A stretch of 52,555 bases of DNA, taken from a virus. Taxonomy: Duplodnaviria > Caudoviricetes. Shown in pieces: positions 6,528 to 15,865 of the stretch (positions are counted from its first letter, which is position 1; each line of letters begins with the position of its first letter). The stretch lies in IMG/VR virus record IMGVR_UViG_3300022602_003287, positions 1 to 52,555 of that record; one strand, written 5' to 3'. A model generated the notes under the pieces. The model had not been told where the DNA came from, did not search any database, and saw only the letters and a program-made list of their open reading frames with translations. A program made the position numbers and the translations under genes.

Positions 6528-9409
6528 TTGCTTGCTAGTATCTTGATGTATCCCGCCATGATGCGTTCTATATCTTCATTAACGGGCACCTGGGCTGTCT
6601 TCTTATCTTTATTTGATAGGAAATCAGAGATATCCTGTTCGCTGTACCCTAACAGACGTCCTAGTTTTTCGTGGAATGAATCGGTAGGTGGTCGTCCGCT
6701 CGCTATAACCTGTTGGAATAACTGCGATATTTGTTTACCTGAATAAGCATCCTTACTGATGGCGAAACTATCATAGTTAGCGAATGCCTTGAAAGGAGTG
6801 ACGATCCATCCAAACTTCTCTATGTAAGGCCGCCATTCTGCCATTTCGTGCGGGAATATCAATGCGGCTGGCTTCTTGCCTTTTATCATGAGTTCGAGTT
6901 CTTTACCATTATGCGGACCTATGGCTTCTGCTACGGTTTCTCGATAAGGACGAACCCATGAGAATCTCGTATCGGCCGGTATCCATTTGATCCCTAGTCC
7001 CCTATTGCCCATAGCAGGATCTGTGTCTATCAATAACCAGTTCTTTTGTTCGCTAAATGGAACAGAGTGTTGTTTCCTAAGTATACGTACGATCTTACCA
7101 GTGGCTTCTATTTTGCCCATCATAGCATCTTCATTAACTTTCTCCGATGCTTCTTTAGTAAGGTATTTTGCGTCTCCTTTTTCTCTCCATTTCTTCCACA
7201 TTTTTTCGCCATCTTTGGATTGAATTTCACTTGGGGCAATAGGTGTTCCTAACATTCTAAGATAAGCATACATTGTTGCGGCAACACCTTTACCTCGATA
7301 TTCTGGTAACACAGTTGTTTTTATACTTTCCATCTTATTATTGTAAGGTGAACTAGCAAATATTGCACTACCTATTTTTTTATTGTTATCTAATGCTGTA
7401 ATAGTAATAAAAATTTCTTGATCATCTATATCAGTTTTTGCATTATAAGTGTAATCACCGATTTCTTGTGTATGATTAAATCTTTTATCCCAGAGGTCGT
7501 AGTTATACTCCTCTTCTCTTGCTTCTGCTATACCTTCCTCACATCCGCCACCGACTAGATCACCTGCACGAGCCGGACGTTTCATATTACCTTTTAGCTG
7601 ACCTGCTGATCCTAGTTTATTCTTATTGCTACCAGGAAACACGCTCTTGGGCAACATGGCCTCTTTAGCTGGTTCTTCTTTATTATGATCTGGTTTCTTA
7701 TCGGGCATAATAGCATCGAGATATTTTTTAGCACGTTCTCTTTCGCCTTTAGATTTTTCACGTTCTCTTTCAAAGGCCCTTTGTAGTTTTTCTGCGGCAC
7801 TCATTCGCCTTGTTTCTTGTATTCCTATACCTCCAGGCATACTTACATAGTTGGCACTGCCTACTCCGGGTCTGCGACTTTCTGGACTCCCATTGTCACC
7901 ATATCCGCCTTCTTTGGTTTTACGGCTTTTCCTAGGAACGGGTGCTAGATTTATTTTAAGGTCTTCCCATAGCTGATGTGCTGTTCGATCATCTAGTGTA
8001 GACGGTAAGTCTCGCCTAAAAGAATCCCAGTCGTCTTGCTTGACAAATTCTTTCATCTGACTGCTACTTTCCGCATCTGGGTCTCTATCTACTGCTACAA
8101 ACCCCATATCATCAAAATGGAAATCGATCCCATTCTGCTTTTCTAAAAGTTCTTTGAAATTTAGCTTACCTTCCATCCTGTCTCGTCCAGCGACCATAAT
8201 GATTTTTTTATATTTTTGATTTATGTGTTGTGCTATGTGTATTATGGTACCCATCTGTTCATTACAGGGTACAAAGTTTACTCCAGGAAATGCCTTGGTA
8301 ATATAAGGCATCTTTTGATCTATAGACAAAGGATTAGCATATTTTGTCGCGGTAGTATCTCCTACTTTCTTAGATACGAATATCGCATAGTCAGCATGAT
8401 GCTGTTGTGCTGTTGTTTTAACTTTATCGATCAATAACTTGTGGCCGTTGGTAGGAATCTGGAAGCGGCCAAATGCGAATACCATAGTATCCGGACCTGC
8501 GGTTTCCAATAGGGCATTAAACAGTCTTATCTGCTTTTTGTTCTCGCTGAATGTTTGTCTTATCTTGTCCAATGCGGACTCCTTGCCTGCGCCCTTAGCT
8601 GTACCTACTTCGCCACTCTTAACGGTAATCATGCTAGCGAACACACCTTGTATGCGTTGGCTACTGCGTGGATTCTTAATAACCTGTTTAGTTTTATTTA
8701 ATAATTCTTCGAAGCTAGAATTCAAATCGTATTGATATAATAACTTCTGTAAATCCTCCCAGTTCTGGCTAGACCATATAATTTCTCTATCTAGTTGTTT
8801 AAATGTTCCTTGTTCATAGGTGACTTTACGTAGTTCTAGTTTTACACTAGATAGATTAAATTCATATTCTTGATCTGGACCTAGTTCTGTTGAAGCATTT
8901 ATTCCTAGTTTTTTAAACAATATCGCCGGAGCTGTTTCTATGGTAGCTACTTTAACTAGACCTAATACTAGGCCCTGCTTCTCAGCTGGCATATCTAAGA
9001 AGTGTTGCTTGAAAGATACTTCACCTTCATCTGCGGCAATTATGTTGTCAATCTGTACGCTGTATCCCATCTCATCGTCGTGATATCGTACAGTAACTAT
9101 CTCACCGCTGTTATAAGTCCTTTTGCCTGGATGTTTGACACTGGTAAAAGGCACGATAGTAGTATCTGGTTGTTTTTCAAAAAACTTAACCAGTTGTTTC
9201 TTTGTTGTAGCTTTATCCTGATCTGACTGTATATGTGCTATAAGATCTATATCACCGAAGTTTTGTTTGTTAGGATCGCTATTATAGCTTCCTGATTTGT
9301 TTAAGCTGACGAATCCAGGGAACTGTTTTATAAGAGGTAAGTAGCTGGCTACGAATCTCTCATAGTCTTGTCTGCTTTTAACTCTTTCTGCTCCAGTGAC
9401 TCCGCTCAT
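6524..9409 (-). CDS. Multidomain protein: pol-beta nucleotidyltransferase + HIGH-type cytidylyltransferase-like + GNAT acetyltransferase + unknown domains
   Basis: SGSY...FGDIDL (pol-beta GS/DxD); FGRFQIPTNGH...AGRDR (HIGH-type); VLPEYRGKGVAATMY (GNAT motif A); linkers LLET, GIAEA, VNED, TVAEA. Confidence 0.75.
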   Translation of the reverse strand: MSGVTGAERVKSRQDYERFVASYLPLIKQFPGFVSLNKSGSYNSDPNKQNFGDIDLIAHIQSDQDKATTKKQLVKFFEKQPDTTIVPFTSVKHPGKRTYNSGEIVTVRYHDDEMGYSVQIDNIIAADEGEVSFKQHFLDMPAEKQGLVLGLVKVATIETAPAILFKKLGINASTELGPDQEYEFNLSSVKLELRKVTYEQGTFKQLDREIIWSSQNWEDLQKLLYQYDLNSSFEELLNKTKQVIKNPRSSQRIQGVFASMITVKSGEVGTAKGAGKESALDKIRQTFSENKKQIRLFNALLETAGPDTMVFAFGRFQIPTNGHKLLIDKVKTTAQQHHADYAIFVSKKVGDTTATKYANPLSIDQKMPYITKAFPGVNFVPCNEQMGTIIHIAQHINQKYKKIIMVAGRDRMEGKLNFKELLEKQNGIDFHFDDMGFVAVDRDPDAESSSQMKEFVKQDDWDSFRRDLPSTLDDRTAHQLWEDLKINLAPVPRKSRKTKEGGYGDNGSPESRRPGVGSANYVSMPGGIGIQETRRMSAAEKLQRAFEREREKSKGERERAKKYLDAIMPDKKPDHNKEEPAKEAMLPKSVFPGSNKNKLGSAGQLKGNMKRPARAGDLVGGGCEEGIAEAREEEYNYDLWDKRFNHTQEIGDYTYNAKTDIDDQEIFITITALDNNKKIGSAIFASSPYNNKMESIKTTVLPEYRGKGVAATMYAYLRMLGTPIAPSEIQSKDGEKMWKKWREKGDAKYLTKEASEKVNEDAMMGKIEATGKIVRILRKQHSVPFSEQKNWLLIDTDPAMGNRGLGIKWIPADTRFSWVRPYRETVAEAIGPHNGKELELMIKGKKPAALIFPHEMAEWRPYIEKFGWIVTPFKAFANYDSFAISKDAYSGKQISQLFQQVIASGRPPTDSFHEKLGRLLGYSEQDISDFLSNKDKKTAQVPVNEDIERIMAGYIKILASK

Positions 9410-10551
9410 GCCTGTTCTGTCCTATACTTGGCCAAGGCTGATGTGTCAGGTAGGAACTTGCCTTTCAATCCTAGTTCAGGTTGCTTCCTTACCCAATCTT
9501 TCTGCATATCATCTGGTATATCTGCACGAGTACTGTCTAATATTTTGAAGTAGACATTCAATAAATGGTCGTATTGATCTGGAGTCATTTTAGATTTTAA
9601 TAGTTTATGCAATCTATAATAATCTTCAGCATCTTGCTCTGTAATATTAAACCCTAATCTTTCACTTAGTATCTTCAATGCGTTTTCTGGATCGCGTGCG
9701 ACTACCTCTCCAGTTTCTTTATCCTTGACACCGTTGACATGATTAAACGATAAGTTGGCTACTTGAAAAGCGCTTAACATCAGCTGTGTACGATGTAGTC
9801 CTTTGACATTTGATTCTTTCGGATATGCCGCAGAATGATAACTAAACTTCAACCATGGCAGGTCTCCGATCATCCAATCTATCTGGACACCGATACCTAA
9901 ACCGTTGCCTTGAGGATCTATCTGAGGAAATAAACCAAATATGTTTCCGTCTGTAACTTTCTTTTCATCGCAATATAGGTTAGGCGCATGACTGTTGATA
10001 TATAGCGTTAGAAGTTTTAAGAATGCCTTCATCCTTAACATAGAAGGAGTTGCTGTCTTAGCACGTTTCTTTAATAATTCAAATTCTGTAGCCACTGCCG
10101 CAGGATCTACTCCCCATTCGGCGATACTAGCATCACTCATTTCTTTATCTAACAATACTGATGCGCTGATACCTAGATCAATATCTCCTGCTTCTTTTGG
10201 ACCTAAATCCATCCACGGCTCATTGGTACCAGGTCTAAAAACCCAAAAATGACCTGTATCCTCTGCTTTGAAAACATCTTTGTTGGCCGCACCTTTATAT
10301 ACTTTGGGAAGTTCGCTGGCAGACGGCACAGTGCCTTTGACTTCTAGGCTACTAGATCCTACAGAGTGGAAATGCTGTCTATCAAATATAGCTGACTTTT
10401 TGGGAAATAATTTTTTCAGTTCTTCAAAATATGCCGTCAATGTAGGATCAATATTTTCCAATGATATAGGCGCTGTCTTTCCAGCAAATACATTTCCACC
10501 TTCAAGCAAGGGATTGGGTACAGGTCTAGAAAATAATTCAATCAACAACAT
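9406..10551 (-). CDS. Pol-beta superfamily nucleotidyltransferase with a ~50-aa insertion
   Basis: LLEGGNVF near the N-terminus; VGSS...GDIDL; third acidic strand VQIDWM. Confidence 0.7.
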   Translation of the reverse strand: MLLIELFSRPVPNPLLEGGNVFAGKTAPISLENIDPTLTAYFEELKKLFPKKSAIFDRQHFHSVGSSSLEVKGTVPSASELPKVYKGAANKDVFKAEDTGHFWVFRPGTNEPWMDLGPKEAGDIDLGISASVLLDKEMSDASIAEWGVDPAAVATEFELLKKRAKTATPSMLRMKAFLKLLTLYINSHAPNLYCDEKKVTDGNIFGLFPQIDPQGNGLGIGVQIDWMIGDLPWLKFSYHSAAYPKESNVKGLHRTQLMLSAFQVANLSFNHVNGVKDKETGEVVARDPENALKILSERLGFNITEQDAEDYYRLHKLLKSKMTPDQYDHLLNVYFKILDSTRADIPDDMQKDWVRKQPELGLKGKFLPDTSALAKYRTEQA

Positions 10552-10560
10552 GATAAGGTC

Positions 10561-10950
10561 CTAAAACTTATATTCGCCTTTTTTGATATCTTCTACATAT
10601 CTTTCAGCAAGGCGTCTGCAGAGATGTTCGCACATTTCTTTATCGAATATTTTTTTAGGATGTCCAGGAATCTTATTTTTTTCATGGAACTCAAGGCAGG
10701 CTTCTCGGACCATTGGCATCCAGCACTCTTGATATTTTGTCTTATCTATTTTTTTATTCTTTTTATATTCCTGATACATCTCGTGTAGTTTAGGAATAAC
10801 ATGTTTTTTATGCAGATGATCATGATCTAATATATGCCAGAATACATCGTTGGCTAGTTTTTCACGTTGCTGATCGTCGTCATTCTTTCCATAACTATTT
10901 TTTTCGTGCTCGTCTATAGAAGGGACGCTAAACATTTCGTATAGTTTCAT
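10561..10950 (-). CDS. Hypothetical protein (possible internal virion protein)
   Basis: 129 aa; MKLYEMF N-terminus; tightly packed in the operon. Confidence 0.55.
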   Translation of the reverse strand: MKLYEMFSVPSIDEHEKNSYGKNDDDQQREKLANDVFWHILDHDHLHKKHVIPKLHEMYQEYKKNKKIDKTKYQECWMPMVREACLEFHEKNKIPGHPKKIFDKEMCEHLCRRLAERYVEDIKKGEYKF

Positions 10951-10955
10951 GATCT

Positions 10956-11405
10956 TTAATAGTTATAGTTGACCCATTCTACGGATCCGTTATTGGGGTT
11001 ATTTTCGAATATCGTTGGACCGACACCTCTTTGTACAAAGGCACGCACCCAAACAAAGTTTCCACTGAAGTTAACATAGTTAGTGGTAGTAGTAACGGCA
11101 GGATTATTAGAGTTATTAAAATTAAAAGATGATCCGCTAACCGTAAACCAATCAGTTTCGCATGGCATAGTAGCTAACGTAGCTTGTGTGCTAAGTGTTC
11201 CTACGAAATCTCGGGTGATCGTATAGCTTACAGTATGCAGGCCACCGTTGTTACCAAAGTAACCGTTGCCTTTTTCTTTATAGCTATAGAAGTTGTTACT
11301 GCCATCGGGTGCGACGGTAGTTGAGGGTATTTGTGTGCTGTGGGGAGTGAACGTTGTTCCTGTACCGACAGCGAATTGAAATTGTAGACTTAATCCTGGC
11401 ATCAA
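10956..11405 (-). CDS. Putative virion structural beta-sandwich protein
   Basis: Thr/Asn/Gly-rich; NFSGNFVWVRA; ATAAATA directly upstream. Confidence 0.5.
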   Translation of the reverse strand: MMPGLSLQFQFAVGTGTTFTPHSTQIPSTTVAPDGSNNFYSYKEKGNGYFGNNGGLHTVSYTITRDFVGTLSTQATLATMPCETDWFTVSGSSFNFNNSNNPAVTTTTNYVNFSGNFVWVRAFVQRGVGPTIFENNPNNGSVEWVNYNY

Positions 11406-12010
11406 GTATTTATGCTTGATCTAGTTATATATTCTTCAAGTTTTCGATGATCAGACCCTATAAACAGTAATACCATACTGAGTGTAGGGCCATCTTTGAT
11501 ATAGATAAAGGGTTCTGGATAGTATACTGTCATGCCCTCTAACCAAATACGTGTTTTTCCTGAGTATTTTATACTATAATTTTGTTCGGCCCAAGATGCG
11601 AATTTATTCCTATTTTCTTTCGACATAGAAGGTCTCAGATGCATCTTGTATTTGAATCCGCCCTTAGGTAGTTCGTTACACATGACCTTCTTTGGCCCGT
11701 CGCTTTCTAAGACTGATAGTTCTTCTTCATTGGCTGGGCTGGTTATTCCCACGATCCACTTACCTACTTTTTTTTCGATCTGCGGTATCAGCTCCTTATC
11801 ATTAAAAAAGAAACTATGGATATTATTCTCAGATCTAGTTTTTACATCATTGTGATTAGTTATAGTTTTTGAAATGGCATAAAAATCATAGACTTCCTTA
11901 TACATACTCGGGGCCAACTTGTATCGAGTACGTCCTATTCCTTTTACACTACAATCTATCTTATAACGATATTTGTTATAAAATAGTTTATTCGTTGTCA
12001 GCTGTTGCAT
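11402..12010 (-). CDS. Hypothetical protein
   Basis: 202-aa ORF overlapping the clpA stop. Confidence 0.6.
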   Translation of the reverse strand: MQQLTTNKLFYNKYRYKIDCSVKGIGRTRYKLAPSMYKEVYDFYAISKTITNHNDVKTRSENNIHSFFFNDKELIPQIEKKVGKWIVGITSPANEEELSVLESDGPKKVMCNELPKGGFKYKMHLRPSMSKENRNKFASWAEQNYSIKYSGKTRIWLEGMTVYYPEPFIYIKDGPTLSMVLLFIGSDHRKLEEYITRSSINT

Positions 12011-14264
12011 CTTCGATGACCTTAGGTTTAGTTACAGGTAATGGATCTAAGAAGTTTAGGGTCAGCTTATCGCCATCGACGCCTATTTCTACGATACCAC
12101 CGTTGGTTAACTTGCCGAACAATATCTCTTTACTTAATGGTTTCTTGATATGTTCGTCGATGGTGCGTTGTAATGGACGTGCGCCCATCTTGCTATCGAA
12201 TCCTTTCTTGATTAGATATTCAACAGCATCTACATTAGGTTTAACATGAACATTCTTATCTTTAATAAGACTATTAAGTTCATCGATAAACTTCTTGACT
12301 ACTTTGATCATAGTCTGTTGATCCAACTTACCGAAGCGTATGATACCGTCTAAGCGATTGCGGAACTCAGGAGCAAAGAACTTGTTAACAGCATCTTTAG
12401 GATCGCCGTCTCTTTCTAGGCTACCAAATCCGAGACTATTCTTTTCGGCATCTGCGGCACCTAAGTTGCTAGTCATGATAAGAATAGCGTTGCGAGCATC
12501 TGCCTTCTTGCCATTGCTTCCAGTTACAAATCCGTTATCCATTAACTGTAATAAAACAGTTAACACATCCGGATGAGCTTTTTCGACTTCATCTAATAAC
12601 AATACACAGTTAGGATGTTCTTGTAGTTTAGTGATCAACTGACCTGCGTTGTCTTCAAATCCTACATATCCCGGAGGGGCGCCGATGAACTTGGCCACGC
12701 TATGTTTCTCTTGGAACTCACTCATATCAAAACGCACTAGTTCAACACTGAGATTGCTGGCTAACTGTTTAGCGGCCTCTGTCTTACCAACACCGGTAGG
12801 TCCTACAAACAAGAAACTACCTACAGGTTTATCTAAGCCTTTTAATCCTGCCTGTGCCATGAAAATCTTATCAAGTATGCTTTCTACGGCTTTTTCCTGT
12901 CCATAGACTTTGTTCTTCATATTTTTTTCTAGATCTTTGAGATTTTTATTTTCTTTGGCCGCGATTTGATCTAAGGGTAATCCTGTAATCTTAGATACTT
13001 CAAATACTATTTCATCGTGATCAACAGTTCCGCCTTCTTCGTCATTGACCTTAAATCTAGCACCGGCACAGTCGATAAGATCTAATGCCTTGTCTGGCAG
13101 CTTTTTATCTGACATATATTTGACACTATATTTCACGCTGTCAATAATAGCCTGTTTAGTGATCTTGATATTGTGATGCTTCTCGTAATACTTCTTAACA
13201 CCATTAAGTATCTTAATAGCCGTAGCTTCATCGGGCTCATTGATAACCACACGTTGGAAACGTCGCATCAGTGCGCGATCCTTTTCAAAGTGTTTACGAT
13301 ATTCTTCCCAAGTAGTTGATGCTACTACTTTGATAGTTCCTTTGGCCAAGGCAGGTTTAAGCATATTGCTCATGTCATTGCTGGAACCACTGACAGCACC
13401 GGCACCGCTCATCATGTGTGCTTCATCGATAAACAATATACAGTTCTTCTTGCGTTCGAGAGCTGTAAGAACCATCTTTAGTCGTTCTTCGAAATCACCT
13501 CTATACTTACTACCTGCTAACATAGCACTGATGTCTAAACTATACACTGTATGGTCTTTGATGAACTTAGGAACAGTTCCATCTTCGATACGTTTTGCTA
13601 GACCCTCGGCGATAGCAGTCTTACCTACACCTGGATCTCCAATCAACATGACATTTGATTTATGCCTACGTGCCAATACCAATGTCAGTTCTTCAATCTC
13701 TTTTTCACGTCCAATAACTGGATCAATCTTTTTGGCTTTGGCTCTAGCTGAAAGATTACTACAGAACTGAACGATTAGTTTTTCTAACTGTCGATTATTG
13801 ACTTCGCTTATTTCGCTTTCTTCTAATACGTTATTATCTTTTTGTATAAACTCGATAAACTTATCTTTATCTATTTTTGCTAATCGCATGAAATATAAAC
13901 TATAGCTTTTCTTTTCGCTGAAAATACTAATAAAACAATCGATAGGTTCTATAGTGCTACGTCCGCTGAATAGTACCTGTGTAAAGGCACGATTTAATAC
14001 TCTGTCGATGGTATTTGTTTTCTTTGGTTTTTCTATATGTTCTTCGTTAACTAGATCTTTGAGTTCGTTTTCAATAAAAGTTTCTAGATTAATTTTTAAT
14101 ATATCAACATCCGCACCGTAGTTGACTAATACTTCATTGAATTTTTTATCAAGTATCAGGCTGTATAGGAAATGTTCTAATGTAAGATATTCGTGTTTAT
14201 TTCTACTTGCTATACCTACAGCCTTTTCAAAAATAGCTTCTAGGTCTTTATTTGGTTCTAACAT
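11988..14264 (-). CDS. clpA: ATP-dependent Clp protease ATP-binding subunit ClpA
   Basis: Clp-N domain (HEYLTLEHFL); two AAA+ modules GDPGVGKT/FIDEAH and GPTGVGKT/LLDEVEKAH; no middle coiled coil; ClpP-docking loop SLGF; GARPL. Confidence 0.93.
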   Translation of the reverse strand: MLEPNKDLEAIFEKAVGIASRNKHEYLTLEHFLYSLILDKKFNEVLVNYGADVDILKINLETFIENELKDLVNEEHIEKPKKTNTIDRVLNRAFTQVLFSGRSTIEPIDCFISIFSEKKSYSLYFMRLAKIDKDKFIEFIQKDNNVLEESEISEVNNRQLEKLIVQFCSNLSARAKAKKIDPVIGREKEIEELTLVLARRHKSNVMLIGDPGVGKTAIAEGLAKRIEDGTVPKFIKDHTVYSLDISAMLAGSKYRGDFEERLKMVLTALERKKNCILFIDEAHMMSGAGAVSGSSNDMSNMLKPALAKGTIKVVASTTWEEYRKHFEKDRALMRRFQRVVINEPDEATAIKILNGVKKYYEKHHNIKITKQAIIDSVKYSVKYMSDKKLPDKALDLIDCAGARFKVNDEEGGTVDHDEIVFEVSKITGLPLDQIAAKENKNLKDLEKNMKNKVYGQEKAVESILDKIFMAQAGLKGLDKPVGSFLFVGPTGVGKTEAAKQLASNLSVELVRFDMSEFQEKHSVAKFIGAPPGYVGFEDNAGQLITKLQEHPNCVLLLDEVEKAHPDVLTVLLQLMDNGFVTGSNGKKADARNAILIMTSNLGAADAEKNSLGFGSLERDGDPKDAVNKFFAPEFRNRLDGIIRFGKLDQQTMIKVVKKFIDELNSLIKDKNVHVKPNVDAVEYLIKKGFDSKMGARPLQRTIDEHIKKPLSKEILFGKLTNGGIVEIGVDGDKLTLNFLDPLPVTKPKVIEDATADNE

Positions 14265-14266
14265 CT

Positions 14267-14770
14267 TTATTTCCTTTTGTGTTTTGGTTTAGATTTTTTA
14301 ACAGCCATAGCCCATTTTAAAGTACTAACTCTGTCTTGGAATACGATCCCTTCTAGGTGATCTAGCTCATGGAGAAAACATTTACACTCGTAATCCCTAA
14401 ATTCTCCTTCTTGGAATTCTCCTGCACTATTTTGCCACCGTGCTTTTATCGCGGTAGGTCTTTTTATATTAACATAGATACCTGGAAAACTCAAACATGC
14501 CTCCTCCAGATCGTGTATATCATCTGTTGATGCTAACACTATAGGATTATAAAATGCCTGTGCGGCATCGGGGATATCTTTGTGTCCCATGACGAACATT
14601 CGGACTCGATGCCCTACCTGGTTGGCCGCTAGTCCCATGCCGTTGTTAGCAAACATGGTTTCTATCATATCTTTTTCAAGTTGTTTTGTATCGATGGATG
14701 TATCGCTGAAATCAAATTCAGGCATCCGTTCTCTTAATATGAGATCTGGAAAGTTGATTATTTTTAACAT
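14267..14770 (-). CDS. def: Peptide deformylase
   Basis: GMGLAANQVG, EACLS and HELDHLEG motifs. Confidence 0.93.
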   Translation of the reverse strand: MLKIINFPDLILRERMPEFDFSDTSIDTKQLEKDMIETMFANNGMGLAANQVGHRVRMFVMGHKDIPDAAQAFYNPIVLASTDDIHDLEEACLSFPGIYVNIKRPTAIKARWQNSAGEFQEGEFRDYECKCFLHELDHLEGIVFQDRVSTLKWAMAVKKSKPKHKRK

Positions 14771-14778
14771 AAAAATAT

Positions 14779-15609
14779 TTAAGCTATCGCTGACCGGATA
14801 GCTGATTTTTGTTGTTCGTTTAACTCTGCTGGTATCGAGAATTTTAACTTCAATAATAACCTACCTTTAAATCTAGGATCATTCATGTTAGGCATTCCTG
14901 CTCCTTGTATAGATAAAGTTTGATCAGGTTGGGTTCCTGGGTTTATTGTTATTTCTAATTCCCTATTATCGATAGTTTTTAACTTGATGGTATTCCCTAA
15001 TATAGCATCCCATACAGGTAAAGTAAGTTCGGTGACTAAATCATCTCCTTGTCTTGTAAAGATATTATGTGGATTGATCCTAACAGTTAGATGTATATCT
15101 CCTCTGGGAACTCCTTTTACTGTATCTTCGCCCATACCGGATAATCTCAATGTAGTACCATCTTGTATACCAGGGGGTATCTTTACACTTAACATTTGAT
15201 CAACACCGTCTGGGAGAGTTATATTGGCCAGCAACTCTTTTCCATAGAACGCTTCTTCTAGGGTGATTGTGGCCTGGGCATTAAGAGTTCTATTCCGAGG
15301 ACCGAAATGAGCGTGCCTTCCGAATATATCACCAAACGGATTACCTCCAAAATGCCTGAAGATATCCTCAAAAGGATTGCCACCTCCGAATCCACCGTGA
15401 TGGTGATGTTGTTGAGGCCCTCCACTATCATAGTTGCCTTTGGACCCGGGATCGCTTAACACTCTATATGCTTCTTCTATTTCTTGGAACTTTTGTGTAT
15501 CGCCGCCTCTATCCGGATGATGCTTACTGGCCATTCGACGATATGCCTGTTTGATTTCATCTTCGGATGCGTTTTTATTAATTCCTAGTGTTTGATAATA
15601 ATCAGTCAT
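14779..15609 (-). CDS. DnaJ/CbpA-like class B co-chaperone
   Basis: J domain with HPD; G/F-rich linker; C-terminal substrate-binding domain; no Zn finger. Confidence 0.9.
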   Translation of the reverse strand: MTDYYQTLGINKNASEDEIKQAYRRMASKHHPDRGGDTQKFQEIEEAYRVLSDPGSKGNYDSGGPQQHHHHGGFGGGNPFEDIFRHFGGNPFGDIFGRHAHFGPRNRTLNAQATITLEEAFYGKELLANITLPDGVDQMLSVKIPPGIQDGTTLRLSGMGEDTVKGVPRGDIHLTVRINPHNIFTRQGDDLVTELTLPVWDAILGNTIKLKTIDNRELEITINPGTQPDQTLSIQGAGMPNMNDPRFKGRLLLKLKFSIPAELNEQQKSAIRSAIA

Positions 15610-15619
15610 AGTAGTAAGA

Positions 15620-15654
15620 AAAGGTATAGCAATACATTAGTATACTATACCTTT
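15620..15654 (-). terminator. Inverted repeat, probable terminator overlapping the dnaJ promoter
   Basis: AAAGGTATAG (15620-15629) / CTATACCTTT (15645-15654), followed by TCTT on the minus strand. Confidence 0.5.
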
Positions 15655-15667
15655 GGTAAAATGTCAA
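15639..15667 (-). promoter_or_regulatory. Sigma70-type promoter for dnaJ
   Basis: TTGACA-17 bp-TATACT. Confidence 0.75.
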
Positions 15668-15670
15668 CTA

Positions 15671-15856
15671 TTATTTTTTCTTTGTATTTTCAGGTACTGT
15701 TTCGCCCTCTAGCTTTTTATGTACTTTGACCGTCTTGCATTCTTGTACAGTCTTTCCATTTTTCTGCTTATCGTGGCATACTTTTTTGGATTCGCCCTCG
15801 GCGAAGGCAGATGTTAAAAATAATGTGGTTAATATCAATACTAAAGTTTTACGCAT
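15671..15856 (-). CDS. Small exported protein
   Basis: Signal peptide MRKTLVLILTTLFLTSAFA; one Cys pair; basic. Confidence 0.6.
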   Translation of the reverse strand: MRKTLVLILTTLFLTSAFAEGESKKVCHDKQKNGKTVQECKTVKVHKKLEGETVPENTKKK

Positions 15857-15865
15857 TTTAAGTCC

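Noticed and set aside
10198-10347. The NTase insertion as an intein or intron
   Set aside because: It is only 50 aa, in frame, and lacks the N-terminal Cys and C-terminal His-Asn intein signature; no intron-like structure is apparent.
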